DNA from: Torpedo marmorata
Lineage: Eukaryota
Direction: 5' to 3'
NCBI GenBank assembly: GCA_977017645.1
Contig: OZ360241.1
Span: forward strand, 60,574,001 to 60,638,000
DNA length: 64,000 nt
Below are positions 1-12,259 of this stretch, in pieces. The notes below the pieces were generated by a model that saw only the letters and a list, made by a program, of their open reading frames with translations, did no database searches and was not told where the DNA came from. Position 1 is the first letter of the stretch, and each line of letters begins with the position of its first letter. The translations under genes and the position numbers were made by a program.

Positions 1-2529
1 TCAGGGGTGTTCAGGAAGCTCCTGCTCACACAAAGCCAGCTAGAAATCTGGAACCCTATCTTCCCACCAAAAGATGTCAGTCTTGGAAGTCAATGGAGCT
101 TCCAACATTGATAGATTATTGTTGGGTAAGGGTAGGAAAAAACTTGGAACAAAGGTAGGCCGATGCAGTTAAAATACTGATCAATCATAAACTTGTCAAA
201 TGCTTGAAGGGTTGAATGGTCTTCTCCTGCTCCTTTTCTACAGAATAAAACAAAATGAAACTCCTTCAGATTTATCACAATCTTGATGCACCACAATTGG
301 TGCAATACAATTTAGCAGTTGAAAAAAAATCACTCATACTCTATAATTGTATTTGATTGGACAGAGACTATGCAATATTTCCAATATTGTAAAGAAACAG
401 ATTTGTATTTCTGAGGCATCTTGCAGAACAGGATGTCCCAAAGAGCGTAACACCCAATAAAGTATTCCCTGCACTGTTTAATGTTGAAACTATGGCAAAC
501 TTATATACAAAGAGCAAGTTCCGCACAAAATGATGACTAAACAATTTTCGTGATGTTGACTGGGTTGTAAATATAGTCAAGGACACCAGGGGAATCCTGA
601 AATGGTTTCCCCAAATGGGCAGAGAAAGGCCATGTTTATTGCTTCCTCCTCAAGATAACATCTCTAGCTGTGGAACACTCCCACTGTACTGAGGTGTGCC
701 CAGATTTTAAGATCAAGTCTCTGGAAGCCTCTAAATTTGGAAATGAGAAGATCACCCATGGTTGAGTGATTCTGCACCATTCAACGTCAGTGAGACCAGT
801 CTCACGAGGTGATGCAAAGTTAGAAACCTCATTCCATATGCTCCTGATTTTTTTCAATGTCAATGGAAAGGATTCCAGAGCAGGGCATGAAAGGAGCTTC
901 CTCAGCATTCCCACTGATCATCAAGATTTCTAAGTACATTCTTGAAAATAATAGTTGCAAGAACCATGGTTCTCTGGAAAACTGAGTTTACAACACTAAT
1001 CCACTCTCACAACCACCTTCCCAAACCAAATGTCCACTTCTCCTCTCACTAACAAGCAATGAAGCTGGCACCTTGAATCTGTTTCACCCTCTATTTTTAT
1101 CCTTCCTCCATTTCCTCCGGATTCTTCAATCTCATTTGGAACATTTGATCAACGGGAACTCAAATTCCCACCCATTCCAATGCCAGCTCACATTCCCAAC
1201 AGGCCACAGGGTGAAAGCATCAAGTTAATGGGGAATTTGGATGAGTCACTCCAGGAAGCTTTGGTTTCACGAGTTTCCAAGGTTTAATGATTGATTATCA
1301 AGAATTTCTCTCACTCTTGCATTTAAACTGAGAAATATGCAGAAAATGCCCAGTCGGATTAAAGATTCAGAACAGGCAATGCTATATTCAACGATGGGTG
1401 ACTTCACCACAACTGGGTTTTACAAGACTTCATTGGTCTGTTTAGTGCCTCATCTGGGGACTGAATTTTATGCATGAGCTGAGGAAGTAAGGATCAGTTG
1501 AGCAGGTATCTCTCCTAGCCCTGACGTCGTTGAGGGAGGAATGGAGGTTCAGTCATCAGCAGTGAGTTGTTTTTTTTGTCAAGGTACTAGTGTTATCGCC
1601 TTGATCTATCACCCTAAACATCCATTCCTTCTACCACTGGAACACCATGGCTGTTGCGAGTACCATCCACTAAATGCAATTAATTACAAACACTACTCCA
1701 CCTCTACCACCAAGAAGCTCGCCAGATGCATGAGAACACCACAACCTGCAGGCTCTCCTCCAAACTGCTTCTCACCCAGATTTCATAAATATATCTTTCA
1801 TCCTGTGACCAAATTAAGGAAACTTCCCCCACATCAGAAGGACTGCAGCAGTTTAAAATGGCTCACCACTTCCTTCTCATCATTGTTAGATACTCCCACA
1901 TGCCATAAACAAATAAAATGTATCAACCCTTCAAACTTGCCTGCATTGAGATCCTTCTCAAATTCAGTAAGTTTCATATGAAGCCCAGAGGTGAAACAAA
2001 AGACATTTCTGGTTGGAAAGGCTCAGGACTTGCAGGAACGAGACAACATTCTGCAAACCTAATCAACTGTTCAAATGAGATAACAGCTGTTTTGTACCTT
2101 AATCCAGTCTATCTATTTGGTTTCAAATCACTTAATACTTTTCCCAAATAGAAATCTATCAATCTCACCATTTATTAACCTCTGTCTCTTCCACCTAACT
2201 CTCTGGAGGAAATATCTGAATCTAAGTTTGCTGTGTTTGACTTTTTCTCAGATCTGGAGGTGTTCTCGCCTTATCAGATGTTGTAAAACATGGGAGCCAG
2301 TGTTGTCTTTGAACCTTTACACTGACAGATTCCAAGACTGGGTGAACATAGTTCTTGTGAATGTGGGAGATGTGGTCAAGACTGGGATTTATCTTTCATC
2401 CTCACCTGCCCTGCAGATATTAAGTGTCAATGAATTGTAAGTGACTATTAATGATTCGTATCCCATCCCTGAAAGACATTTCTCAGCAGGTTGTGATATT
2501 CACAACAATGCAACAACTTTTGTGATTAA

Positions 2530-2728
2530 ATTTTTAAATGTAAGCCCATGCTGCCCAAATACCCCAATTAACCTACAACCCCTGTACATTTTGAAAAGTG
2601 GGAGGAAAGCGGAGCAACCGGAGGAAACGCACGCAGACACGGGGAGAACGTACAAACTCCTTACAGACAGCGCCGGATTCGAATCCAGGTCGTTGGCACT
2701 GCAATAGCGTTGCGCTAACCATGCCGCC
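2530..2728 (-). mobile_element. tRNA-derived V-SINE (HE1-like)
   Basis: Minus strand: tRNA-like head with B box GGATTCGAATCC (2675-2686), then V-domain GAGTTTGTACGTTCTCCCCGTGTCTGCGTG...TTTCCTCCCA; homologous copies at ~10.0, 12.1 and 58.1 kb. Confidence 0.85.
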
Positions 2729-2917
2729 AATTATATGTCTGTTGCTTGCCAATCATTACCGTTTCCATTGAACTCAATTTAATAGTGTTCAGGACCCAGA
2801 GTTTTCAACACAGTTAAATAGTCATGTGCTTTGGGGTCCTGTTCAGCAAATTGGCCTACTCAGTCTGGGGCATCTTTTAGACACTGTGTCACTGAGGAAA
2901 AAAAAAACGAGGCTTAC

Positions 2918-3349
2918 CTTAGTGTAAACTCCCCATGACAATTCTGTCTCTGTCACCATAACAACAATCCCAAACATTCCAAATATCAGCGCGTAATCAC
3001 TGAGTCGCTTCCTTTTCTCAAACAGGGCTCTTCGATGTCCTAGCTTATGCCCAATATTCTGAGACTTCTTGGGCGACTTTCTGCCCTCATTCACCAAGCT
3101 TTCGTTGGAGATATTGTTCTGGTCGGGTTTGGAGACTACCACCTCCAGGCCAGAATTGGTGTGCAGAGGCTGCGTCTCCGAGTCCAGGTCATGGAGGTTC
3201 CTGTGTGAGGTGCCAAGGCTACTGAGAGGTCTCACCACCCCTCCATTATACTTGCAGCTGGTCATGGCTATCTCGGTGAAAGGATTACTCTCGCTGAAGC
3301 TGTTTTTGGATCCAGCATGGTGAAGATGATGGAAATCACTAGTGTTCAC
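2918..3349 (-). CDS. KCNN1: KCNN1 (SK1/KCa2.1) coding exon: cytoplasmic N-terminus through S1
   Basis: Translates VNTSDF...[24 protein letters not shown]...[45 protein letters not shown]. The [13 protein letters not shown] ending matches SK1 (SK2 has VIETELSWGAYDK, SK3 VIETELSWGLYSK). Acceptor tctatctgtAG|GTG (AG at 3351-3350), donor AAG|GTAAGC (GT at 2917-2916); 432 nt, phase 0/0. The next exon was not found in 1-2917. Confidence 0.95.
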
Positions 3350-4228
3350 CTACAGATAGACCAAACAAAAAGTTTGAAAGTCAAAAACCTTGTCTTGGTG
3401 CCTTGAATCAAGATTACATTCTTACTTAAATTAGCCCAAGGGCAATGCAGAAACTTCATTTAAAACTTCAATCTTTTTTTAAGAGTGAGCACAGAGGGTT
3501 GATGACAAAACCAGCCATGAAATCCTGTCCCTGATCTCCTGTGTTCGACGATTGATATCTACACATTGTGCCAGACTGCTCAATGAGAGGTACTGTCTCC
3601 TTTCAATCAGATCTTCTCTGAGAGTTGTTGGAATTGTATTCATCTTGACGAACATTCTACTACAGTCCAGAGTTGTGGCTTGTAGATCAATGAAAGGCTT
3701 GGGGATTTGGTGGGAGGGTGGGGGAGGGGCAAGTGATTTGCAGCCATGCCTATTGACCTGATCAACTCTCCTACCTGAGCTAGAGATAGGGCTGCCCACA
3801 GTCCAGTGCTTTCCTGGAATCACAGGAACACTGCTGGGGCAACACCTGATAAGCATAATCACGGGGGAGTTAAAAATAAATTGTGCTTTAAAATTCTTTC
3901 CTTTGGACATTTTTATTAATTACGTGATGAACAGGCAGGGAGAAAGAAAGGAATGCAAGATTGCCAAGGATCATTTGGACATTATGACTTAGTGGGTCCC
4001 TCTGAATCTCGAGAGTGAGATTTGGGAGTTTTGAGAGTTTTGAGATGAGCACAATTACTGGACTGATACTCCTGTGCAGTACGGAAGAAATGTTAATCCT
4101 CCTGCAGGAACAGTCTGTAGAAGGAGATACGAAAGCAAAGCCCAGTCTCTGGTGATTGTAAAAAATCCCAAAGCAACAATCAAAGAACACCTTGCGGCAT
4201 TTTAGTACGTTCTCTGTAAATGCAAGCT

Positions 4229-4657
4229 TTTTATATGCCAGCATACAAGTCGGTCCTTGAACTTTAAAAAATGTCACCCCAAAACCAGGAGTTCATCCTA
4301 TACGCCAAGAATAAAATCCGAACCTTAACAGCAAAGTCTCAGCGCTCTCCGGCGGGGTCCATCCACCCAGTCCAACTGCCGTTGGCTCTGTACAGGCTTT
4401 AAATAGCCTGTTAAAGGAGCCAACGGTGGTTTATTTTAAAACATGCTAATAAAATTTCAACCTTTACTGGGTAATTTGCTTTTAAAATATTGTGAATTAG
4501 TATATTAATCGTGCCTAGCAGCATCACTCCACTGGTCAGTGGTAAGTGCCAAACTTGGGGTAGTCTTATACAGTGAGTATAGCTCAAAACCTACATTTTA
4601 GGTGGAAATTTAGGGGTCGTCTTATACAAGAGTTGTTTTATACGCTGGCATATACGG
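4229..4657. mobile_element. Non-autonomous DNA transposon, Tc2/pogo-like termini
   Basis: Inverted termini TATATGCCAGCATACAAG (4232-4249) / TTTATACGCTGGCATATACGG (to 4657); internal GTCTTATAC repeats; TACGG end typical of Tc2-type elements. Confidence 0.6.
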
Positions 4658-6199
4658 TTAAAAAAAAACCCACACATGGCAGAGACTTGGACCCTCAGCA
4701 ATTCACAACTCAGATTAACAACTGGGAAGAAAAGGCAGGAAACATTTCCAAGTTCCCTGATATAATGCCAGGTGCCAAAGTGAGTTATGAGGAGGGTACA
4801 AAGATTCAGCAAAGGGACATTGACAGGTGAAGCAAGAAGATAGACAGAGCATTATTGGGAGAATGTGAGTTTATTTAATTTGACAGGCAGAATAGGGAAA
4901 ACAGGATTGTTTTGAAATTGGATTTCATCCTGTTTAGCATGAAAAATTATTGATGCGTGCAGATCTAGTGCCCATTCAGGAGATTCCAACAAAACTCTGA
5001 AATTGGGGAAGTTTATAAAAGATTGTTGGGGTGAGTTTATATGTATTGATACATTGAAATACAAACTGTTCAATTTCTTGAGGCACCGCCTCTGGTGAGA
5101 TCGCAGCAGCCATGACATTGCCACTAGAAGGCAGTGGTTTTCAGTCTGAAAGGAGAAGCTTCATTCAGCTACATCGGAAGAAAGTACCAGGTGGCCAGAG
5201 GAGAGGGTTCCAGAAGGTGTTCAAATCTTCCTTGGAGAACTGAAACATCCCTACCAACTCTGGAAATCTCTGGCCAGCGAATGACTCACAGTGGAGAGGG
5301 AGAATAATCAGTAGAATGAGAGGACCACCTCATAATCCATCACCCACTCAGTCTGTCAGCCACCTCGTTCCTCATATGTAGATGAATCTTGTGGCTGCCA
5401 GACTGGCCTCATTAGTCATCTCAGACCCAAAGGGAGGCAAGTCATCCTCAATCCATGGGACTGCTTAAGAACAAGTGAAGGCTGCCATGGAGAGGAGAGA
5501 AACTGTTCGAGTGAGAGGAATCGTGTGCCTTCAATGTGTGTGACAGCAGCAGCTCCCTCCCAAGAACCTTTGATCACCTGCTGTGCCATGGTTGGCTCCA
5601 ACCATCGTCAGGCACAGGCTCCTCTCTCTGGATCACAGAAAAGGTAACAGAACAGAAGGAGGTCCTCGCCTATTGAATCAGTGTTGAGAAAGTGTTACCT
5701 GACATCATCCCACCTACTAGCACTAGGTTTATGTCTGCAGAGATTCCACATGTTTCTCTGCTATGAAATAAGCACTGTGAGACCCAGAAACAATGTGAAA
5801 TTTACTGGCATTAAAAACTCAAGACGGCAAATTCCCATAGCAATTAATTAATATCCTGGAAGATCCTTTCATTCACATCTTCATGCTGATTTGCTGTGCA
5901 TCTTCTGTGTGTACTGGAGTTATAAAGAAAGGTTGATAATTATTACTTTAATTTGCATTAATGGCCCAAAAATGCAAGCCGTGCATGTTAATGTCTTCAT
6001 TGCATTCAGGATGGACACCATTCAAGTATCAGGAGGTGCCCAGTCCAATTCCTTGTTGGGTGGGACTTCCAAAAGGGAATGATCATTATCACATTAAAAC
6101 ATGCATAAAATGTTTTTTTAATGTAAATAAAACAACTCAAATGGGTCCAATTTCTCAGAAATTTTCTGGTGAAGAGGGATCTGGGGACACTGGTTCATG

Positions 6200-6950
6200 A
6201 AAAGCAAAAGGTAACCAGACAGGTAGAGCAAGCAATTGAGAAGGCAAATGGTCTATTGGCCTTTATTGCTAGTGAATTAGGGTAAGGAAGGAAGTTTTGC
6301 TGAGGTTGAACAGGCTTTGGGAAAACCTCATTTGGAATACCGCATGCACTTTTGCTTCAAGGATATACTTGCCTTGAAATCAGTGCAGTGTAGACCCTTG
6401 AGATGGATTCCTGGGATGAAGGGTTGTATAATGAAGACAGATTGAGTTGGCTTGGCCTGTGATCATTGAAAAAGAAAGAGAGGTGACATTGAGGCAGATG
6501 ATTTTGACGGGGATTGACAGGGTGGATGCAGAGAGGCTCTTTGATCAAGAGACACAAGAGACTACAACTTGCTGGAATCTGCACCAAAAAACAAACTGCT
6601 GGAAGAACTCAGCAGCTCGACCCATCGAGTTCCTCCAGCAGTTTGGCCCTTTGATCAGGTTTGATAGGCTGGAGCTGTGGCACACTGCGAATGCATGGTT
6701 ATCCATTTAGGACTGAGATGAGGAGAAATTCTTCCACTGAGGGCTGTAAATCTTTGAAATTCTGTTCCTTAACCACTCAGTGGCTGAGCACATTCAAAAT
6801 CTATGGTCAATAGATCTTTGACCACTGAGGTAATAAGAGAATTTGGTAATCTGGTAGAAAAGAAGATATGGCACAAGATCAACTGTGATCACACTGAGTG
6901 GTGGAGAAGGCTCAAGACACCGAATGGTTTCTTCAGGTTTATACTTGTGT
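6200..6950 (+). mobile_element. Decayed CR1 LINE 3' region with a small Penelope-derived insert (~6560-6645)
   Basis: CR1-type text (aaggcaaatgg...ggcctttattgc; GIDRVDAERLF; tttaggactgagatgaggagaaattctt). The insert carries GCTGGAAGAACTCAGCAG...GAGTTCCTCCAGCA. Confidence 0.7.
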
Positions 6951-7854
6951 TCTTCTGTTCTATTGTCAAAAGGCTCTTCTCAAAACGAAATGGTGTCAAT
7001 TTCCACTTGCCAAATGTTAATGACATGGAAGATCCACGCCTGCATAAATAAATGATAACAAATACAAAAGCTAGGATGGTTAAAGACAAGAAAATTCACT
7101 ATGCCTGCTCATTTACATCAATAACTTCTCGTGTGGGGCCTCATGAATGAGTCTGACCCTGTTACTTGTTGATATATGGATGACGTCGGCAAGGGCAACT
7201 GGTGAGACACCCATTACACTGAGATTTTTCAGAATATACTTGCATCTCCCCCAGAAGCACACGTGGCACTGAAAGGTAGCGCCTCAGGCAAAGGTTGCAT
7301 ACGACTGTTTAAAATGGGTAGGGAATCGTTTCCCAGTGTCCTAGACTGACATGGTGTATTGTGTGGCTAATTACAACTCACAAACTGATCGGCACAAACA
7401 CAGATGTCTGGTTGAACATCCTTGCTGCTCGTCAAAAAAATAATTGTTGGAGATCTTAAAAAATGCATTGAATATTCAGCTAATTATAGTTCACGGACTG
7501 AAATCCACATATATCAAACCCAAAATTATACAGCATTTGGTCTGAAGTCTGCAAAATATGGAGGAAAATGTTGAACAATTGCCTGTTCCTTTATAAGAAG
7601 TGATACCAATGCAATTTGTACAAATGATCACACTCTCTGCCTGGATAAATTCCTCCACACACAATATCCTTTGTGTAGAGTGGACACTTGATTGATCTGA
7701 TCTGTGGTCAGGAAACTGGGAGGTAGCTGTTAGTGATAGGAGCAAGGCAACTCTGCATGACAGTGTAAAATGGGCCATGGCAAATCAGTCGTGCATTCTA
7801 CATCTTCCACTATTTTTATTTGAGTGAAGTTAATGAGAATTAAATTTTCAGGAT

Positions 7855-8400
7855 ATGGGAGCTACTGGCATGGCCAGCATACATTTGCCATCTTAATTGC
7901 CTTTGGGAAGATAAAGGCGAGCCACCTTGAACCACTATGGTCCTGTGGAGGTATTCTGCTAAGGACAGAGTTCCAGGATTTAAACCCAGGGACGATGAAG
8001 CGACAGAGATATAAGTTCAAGTCAGGGTGGTGGGTGACATGGAGAAGAAGCTGCGGGTGGTGGTGTTCCCATGTGTTCTTGTTCTTCTTGGTGGCAGAGA
8101 ACATGGCATCTTGTTGGCAGTACACACTACAGCCACGGCACGATGGTGGTGGGGGGAATGAATGCTTCGTGTAGTGGATGTGATGCCAATCACACAGGCT
8201 GCTTCACCCTGGATGGTGTCAAATTTCCTGGCCATCAATGGAGCTGCGTTCATCCAGCAGAGTATTTCATCACATCTCTGATATGCCTCGTAGATGTCAG
8301 GAAGTCTTTGGAGTATCAGGAAGAAGACATGCTTATTCCAAGAAACTCTGAATACATCAAATCGCCATTGGCAATCTTGCATGCATTCATTTCTGGGGCC
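7855..8400 (-). mobile_element. Ancient non-LTR retrotransposon relic
   Basis: ctggcatggccagcatacatttgcc...ccttgaaccac...ttccaggatttaaaccca is homologous to 45360-46240 and 32395-32490; no intact ORF; family and strand are tentative. Confidence 0.5.
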
Positions 8401-9112
8401 AGATGATGTGGTAGAATTTAACTGGCTATTTCATTTTCTGTAACCATCAGCTGAAGGCAAATGTATATGTTAAATTTAAAGCAAAGACATTAACTGCAAA
8501 ACAGGGTAAGAGGAAAGGGGCAGTAGGGTTGATGATGACATAGTTACTTGCAATCTTTGATCACTTGAACTATAACCCTGGTGTCACCTCACCAATGTCT
8601 GATGCTTTCTTAATGGTGAAGCCCCAGTTTTAGTGAGTACATTTAGAACTCATTGGAAGCCTGACAGGTAACTGTCCAATTACAATGCACTTATGCTGCA
8701 GCACTATGTAATTAAAGGTCGTTAATTAAACTGCACTCTCTTATTTTGATGTAGATTTCAATGTAGAGCATGGAGTGGGCCAATACAAATCTAAAATCAA
8801 TACGTGTGTCTCCAGTGCAATTGCATTGAGGCCAACTGCTTCAAACATTAGAGACTTCATCTCCTGACCACAAAAAGGCTATTCAGCCCTTTCAGCTGAT
8901 TCGCCCGAGAAAGGTAATGGCTCATCAAGGCATCATCTTCCCATTGTGAATCCACAACCCTAATTTGCCTGCTCAAAAATCAACCAATCGAGTCTTGAAA
9001 TCTTCATTAACACCTGTTTCACCTTCTTTATAGGGAAGAGAGTTGCAAATTCCCATTGCCCTCTATGTGTGAAAGTGTTTCCTGACATCACCTCTGACTC
9101 ATATTTAAGATT

Positions 9113-9930
9113 CAATCTTGTGAAATGGTGCAAGAATAACAAACTGAGTCTCAACGTGGACAAGACGAAGGAGATGATCGTGGACTTCAGGAGGACCAGG
9201 AATGACCACCCGCCACTGCACATCAATAACTCAGTAGTGGAGAGAGTAGAGAGCACCAAGTTCCTTGGAGTCCACTTAACAAGTGACCTATCGTGGACAC
9301 ACAACATCTCCTCACTTGTCAGGAAGGCGCAACAGCGACTGCACTTCCTGAGAAGACTGAGGCGGGCAAGGCTACTGGCCACCATCATATCAACTTTCTA
9401 CAGGAGCTTTATCGAGAGCGTGCTGGCCGGCTGCATCACAGTGTGGTACGGTTGCTGGAGGCTAAGAGCATTGAATCAGAGGTCAGTCCACAGGACCATA
9501 AGAGTGGCAGAGAGGATCACTGCAATCTCCCTCTCCCCCATTGACGTGATCTACCTGGATCGTTGTTTGAAGAGGGCGCACAAAATCATTGAGGACCCCT
9601 TCCACCCTGCACACAGCATCTTTCATCTACTCCCGTCAATAAAGATATACAGGAGTATCAGAGCCAGTACTACCAGACTAAGAAACATCTTCCCACGGGC
9701 AGTGAGACTGCTGATCGACTAAATGAACTGCTCACACTAATCCTCCGAGACTCTACTATTTATTAAACAATATTTATTTTTATATATGTATATTTGTTCT
9801 GCTTATGTATCGCTTGTCTGTATGTGTGTTATGTCTGGTTGTGTGTCTGCATTTTTGCACCGAGGACCGGAGAACACTGTTTCGTCGGGTTGTACTTGTG
9901 CAATCCGATGATCGATGAACTTGAACATTC
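9113..9930 (+). mobile_element. Rex1/Babar-type LINE, 5'-truncated RT C-terminus and tail
   Basis: ORF 9069-9722 [23 protein letters not shown]...KFLGVHLTSDLSWT...KAQQRLHFLRRL; ends in a gaacttgaac-type short repeat. Confidence 0.9.
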
Positions 9931-10012
9931 AGGATTCCCCATCTTTGTTTCTGCCTGTCTGTCCCTGTGTCTCTCCATTCTTCGCTCCAGCATCCAATCA
10001 TTCTTCAAATCA

Positions 10013-10240
10013 CCGGGTGGTACAGTTAGAAAAGGGGTTAGTGCAATTACAGCACCCGCGACCCGTTGTCAGGTGTTTGTACGTTCTCTCTGCATCCACG
10101 TGGATTTCCTTCGGGTGCTCCAATTTCCTCCCATGTTCCAAAGTCGTACGGGGTTAGTAGGTTAGTTACATGAGTGTATTTGGCCAGCACTAGCTCGTGG
10201 ACCAGAGTGCCCATTACTGTGCTGTATCTCCAAATTTAAA
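10013..10240 (+). mobile_element. V-SINE (HE1-like)
   Basis: GTTTGTACGTTCTC...CGTGGATTTCCTTCGGGTGCTCC..TTTCCTCCCA V-domain with a CR1-like tail. Confidence 0.8.
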
Positions 10241-10426
10241 TTATAACCATTCAGGCCTAACTTTGACCCTGATTGCACCCTGCCCTTGACAGGAATGAAT
10301 GATCTGGTGCTCCTAACAAGGACCAATCATCACAGATAATCTGCGACATTTCATCCATGAGTAAGGTCACTGCCCAATGAAGGGATCAGATGGTTTCATG
10401 AAATTAGGGCTCAGTAATGGCCCAAC

Positions 10427-11488
10427 TGTATACGCGAAGGTGACATTTTGGTGCCGCCATTTTGGGCACCGAGTGGAGTCCAGGAAGCGGGCCCGCAGCT
10501 TCGTGGACCACCTTCCCTTGGGTGGCCCGTGCTTTCCGGAGTCGCCGCCGCCACCGCTCACTTCCCCTGGTAAGAAGACTCGCTCTCTCCCTCCTTCCTG
10601 CCCACCCACTCGCTCTCTCCCTCCCGTTCGCTCCTGCCTGCTCTCTCCCTCCCGCTCTCCCCCTCCCCTGCCCGCTCTCTCCCTCACGCTCGCTCTCCCT
10701 CCTGCTCTCTCCCTCATGCTCGCTCTCTCCTTCCCGCCCGCTCTCTCCCTGCAGTTCGCTCTCTGCTGCCTGCTCGCTCCCTCCCCTTCGCTCTTCTGTC
10801 TGCCCGCTCCCTCCCATTCGCTCTCTCCTGCCTGCCCACCCACTCTCTCCCTCCAGTTTACTCTCTCCTGCCCGCCTGCTCTCTCCCTCCCGTTCGCTCT
10901 CCTGCCCGCCCGCTCTCTCCTTCCCGCCCGCTTGCCCGTCCTCGCCCGCTCCCTCCCGCCCACTCTCACCAACAGTGCTTTGAGGGGAGCGCTGGGCCTC
11001 GATGATCAGGCTTTGTTCGACGAGCACGGACCCTCGAGCAAATTGAATGAGGCGCGGGGGCAAGTGGCAGTGAGCAAGCGGCCTGTCAAGCTCAGCTCAA
11101 CAGGCTGCTCGCTCACTGCCACCCGCCCCTGCGCCTCATTCAATCTGTTCGGGGGGCCGTGCGCGTCAAACAAAGGCTCAGCGTGGAGCCTGATCACCGA
11201 GGCCCAGCGCTCCCCTCAAAGCAAGCGATCGATTGTCTGCTCCCCGCGACGGTGAGCCTGGGCCCTGCCCATTGTCCTGGCTTCTCTCCCTCCCACCCTC
11301 GTGGGCCACGGCACACCTGTCAATCAATTAGCGTTTGGACGGTGGGGGGGAAGCAGCCTGAGCCTCGGCGTGCGGCGGGCAGGAGGACGTGTTGCTGCTG
11401 TGAAGGTAAATACACTAAAACAAATTTTTCCTGAAATCTCACGCTAAAAATGGGGGGGAGGGGGTCCTATATGCCGTCAAATACGGTA
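10427..11488. mobile_element. GC-rich non-autonomous DNA transposon (Tc2-like right end) with CT-rich low-complexity core and internal palindrome
   Basis: Right end GGGGTCCTATATGCCGTCAAATACGG|TA resembles the terminus at 4657; CpG-rich; (CTCTCTCCC/CCCG)n at 10575-10970; left TIR not recognised. Confidence 0.5.
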
Positions 11489-12030
11489 ATTATTATATCC
11501 AAGTCTGACTCCCATCTCTGTCTAGATCTATGTAGCCCCTGTTTAGGGGTTCCTTTTTGTAGTAAAAGATAGGCTGCTGAAATAAACTTCTTTGTGATCC
11601 CCTTTCGAATCAAAGTCTCCACTTCACTGCATTCCGGTAGGGTCATTGATGGGCCCAATTTATCCCTTAAGTAAGATCTCAGCTGGAAATGGCAGAAGAG
11701 TGTATTGTTCATAATACCATACTTATTTTTTAATTGTTCAAATGACATAAGTTTTCCCTGCTCATAGCAATCCTCGACACATCTGATCCCTTTCCGGGAC
11801 TAGGCATCCAGGATCTTATTATCCATTGTAAAAGGTATACACCTATTTTGAGCCAGGGGCGTTTTTGGAGATAACCTCCCCTTATTCCCAATTTGATAAT
11901 TTATTTTATACCAGGTATCAATTATATGTTTCAACAGGGGGGTTTCTTTCACACCGGATATTAATTATTTTTATCCAATTTGTATATAAAGTCTTCTGCT
12001 ATCTTCTCTCCCACCTTATGCAGTTCCATC
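11489..12030 (-). mobile_element. L1-clade LINE ORF2 C-terminal fragment
   Basis: SFEQLKNKYGI..NTLFCHFQLRSYL...GLHRSRQRWESDL is homologous to the L1 ORF at 42774-43496. Confidence 0.8.
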
Positions 12031-12077
12031 TTTACCCAGGAAGGCTTGACTTCCCCTTCAAAGGAGGTGACAAATTT

Positions 12078-12240
12078 AGGAGTTTGCATGTTCTCGTGTC
12101 TGTGTGGGTTTCCTACGGGTACTGCAGTTTCCTCCCACATTCCAAAGACGTATGGGGTTAATAGGTTAATTGGTCACGTGTGAATTTGGGCAGTGAAGGC
12201 TCATGGGTCGCGAGGGCCTGTTGCATCTCTGAATTAAATA
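12078..12240 (+). mobile_element. V-SINE (HE1-like), 5'-truncated
   Basis: GGAGTTTGCATGTTCTCGTGTCTGTGTGGGTTTCC...TTTCCTCCCACATTCCAAAGACGT. Confidence 0.8.
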
Positions 12241-12259
12241 TACTCTAAATGCAACATAT

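Noticed and set aside
2843-3349. Tracked 168-aa ORF as a complete gene
   Set aside because: The 'start' is a GTG right after a splice acceptor and the tail (VSLVFFF...) is read-through past the donor at 2917; it is an exon.
2918-3349. Assignment to KCNN2 or KCNN3
   Set aside because: The N-terminal part resembles SK2/SK3, but GHRRALF and [13 protein letters not shown] together match SK1; phylogeny is needed for certainty.
10367-11255. Long overlapping ORFs (173-292 aa) on both strands
   Set aside because: Products of GC-rich, CT low-complexity repeat lacking stop codons; no domain motifs.
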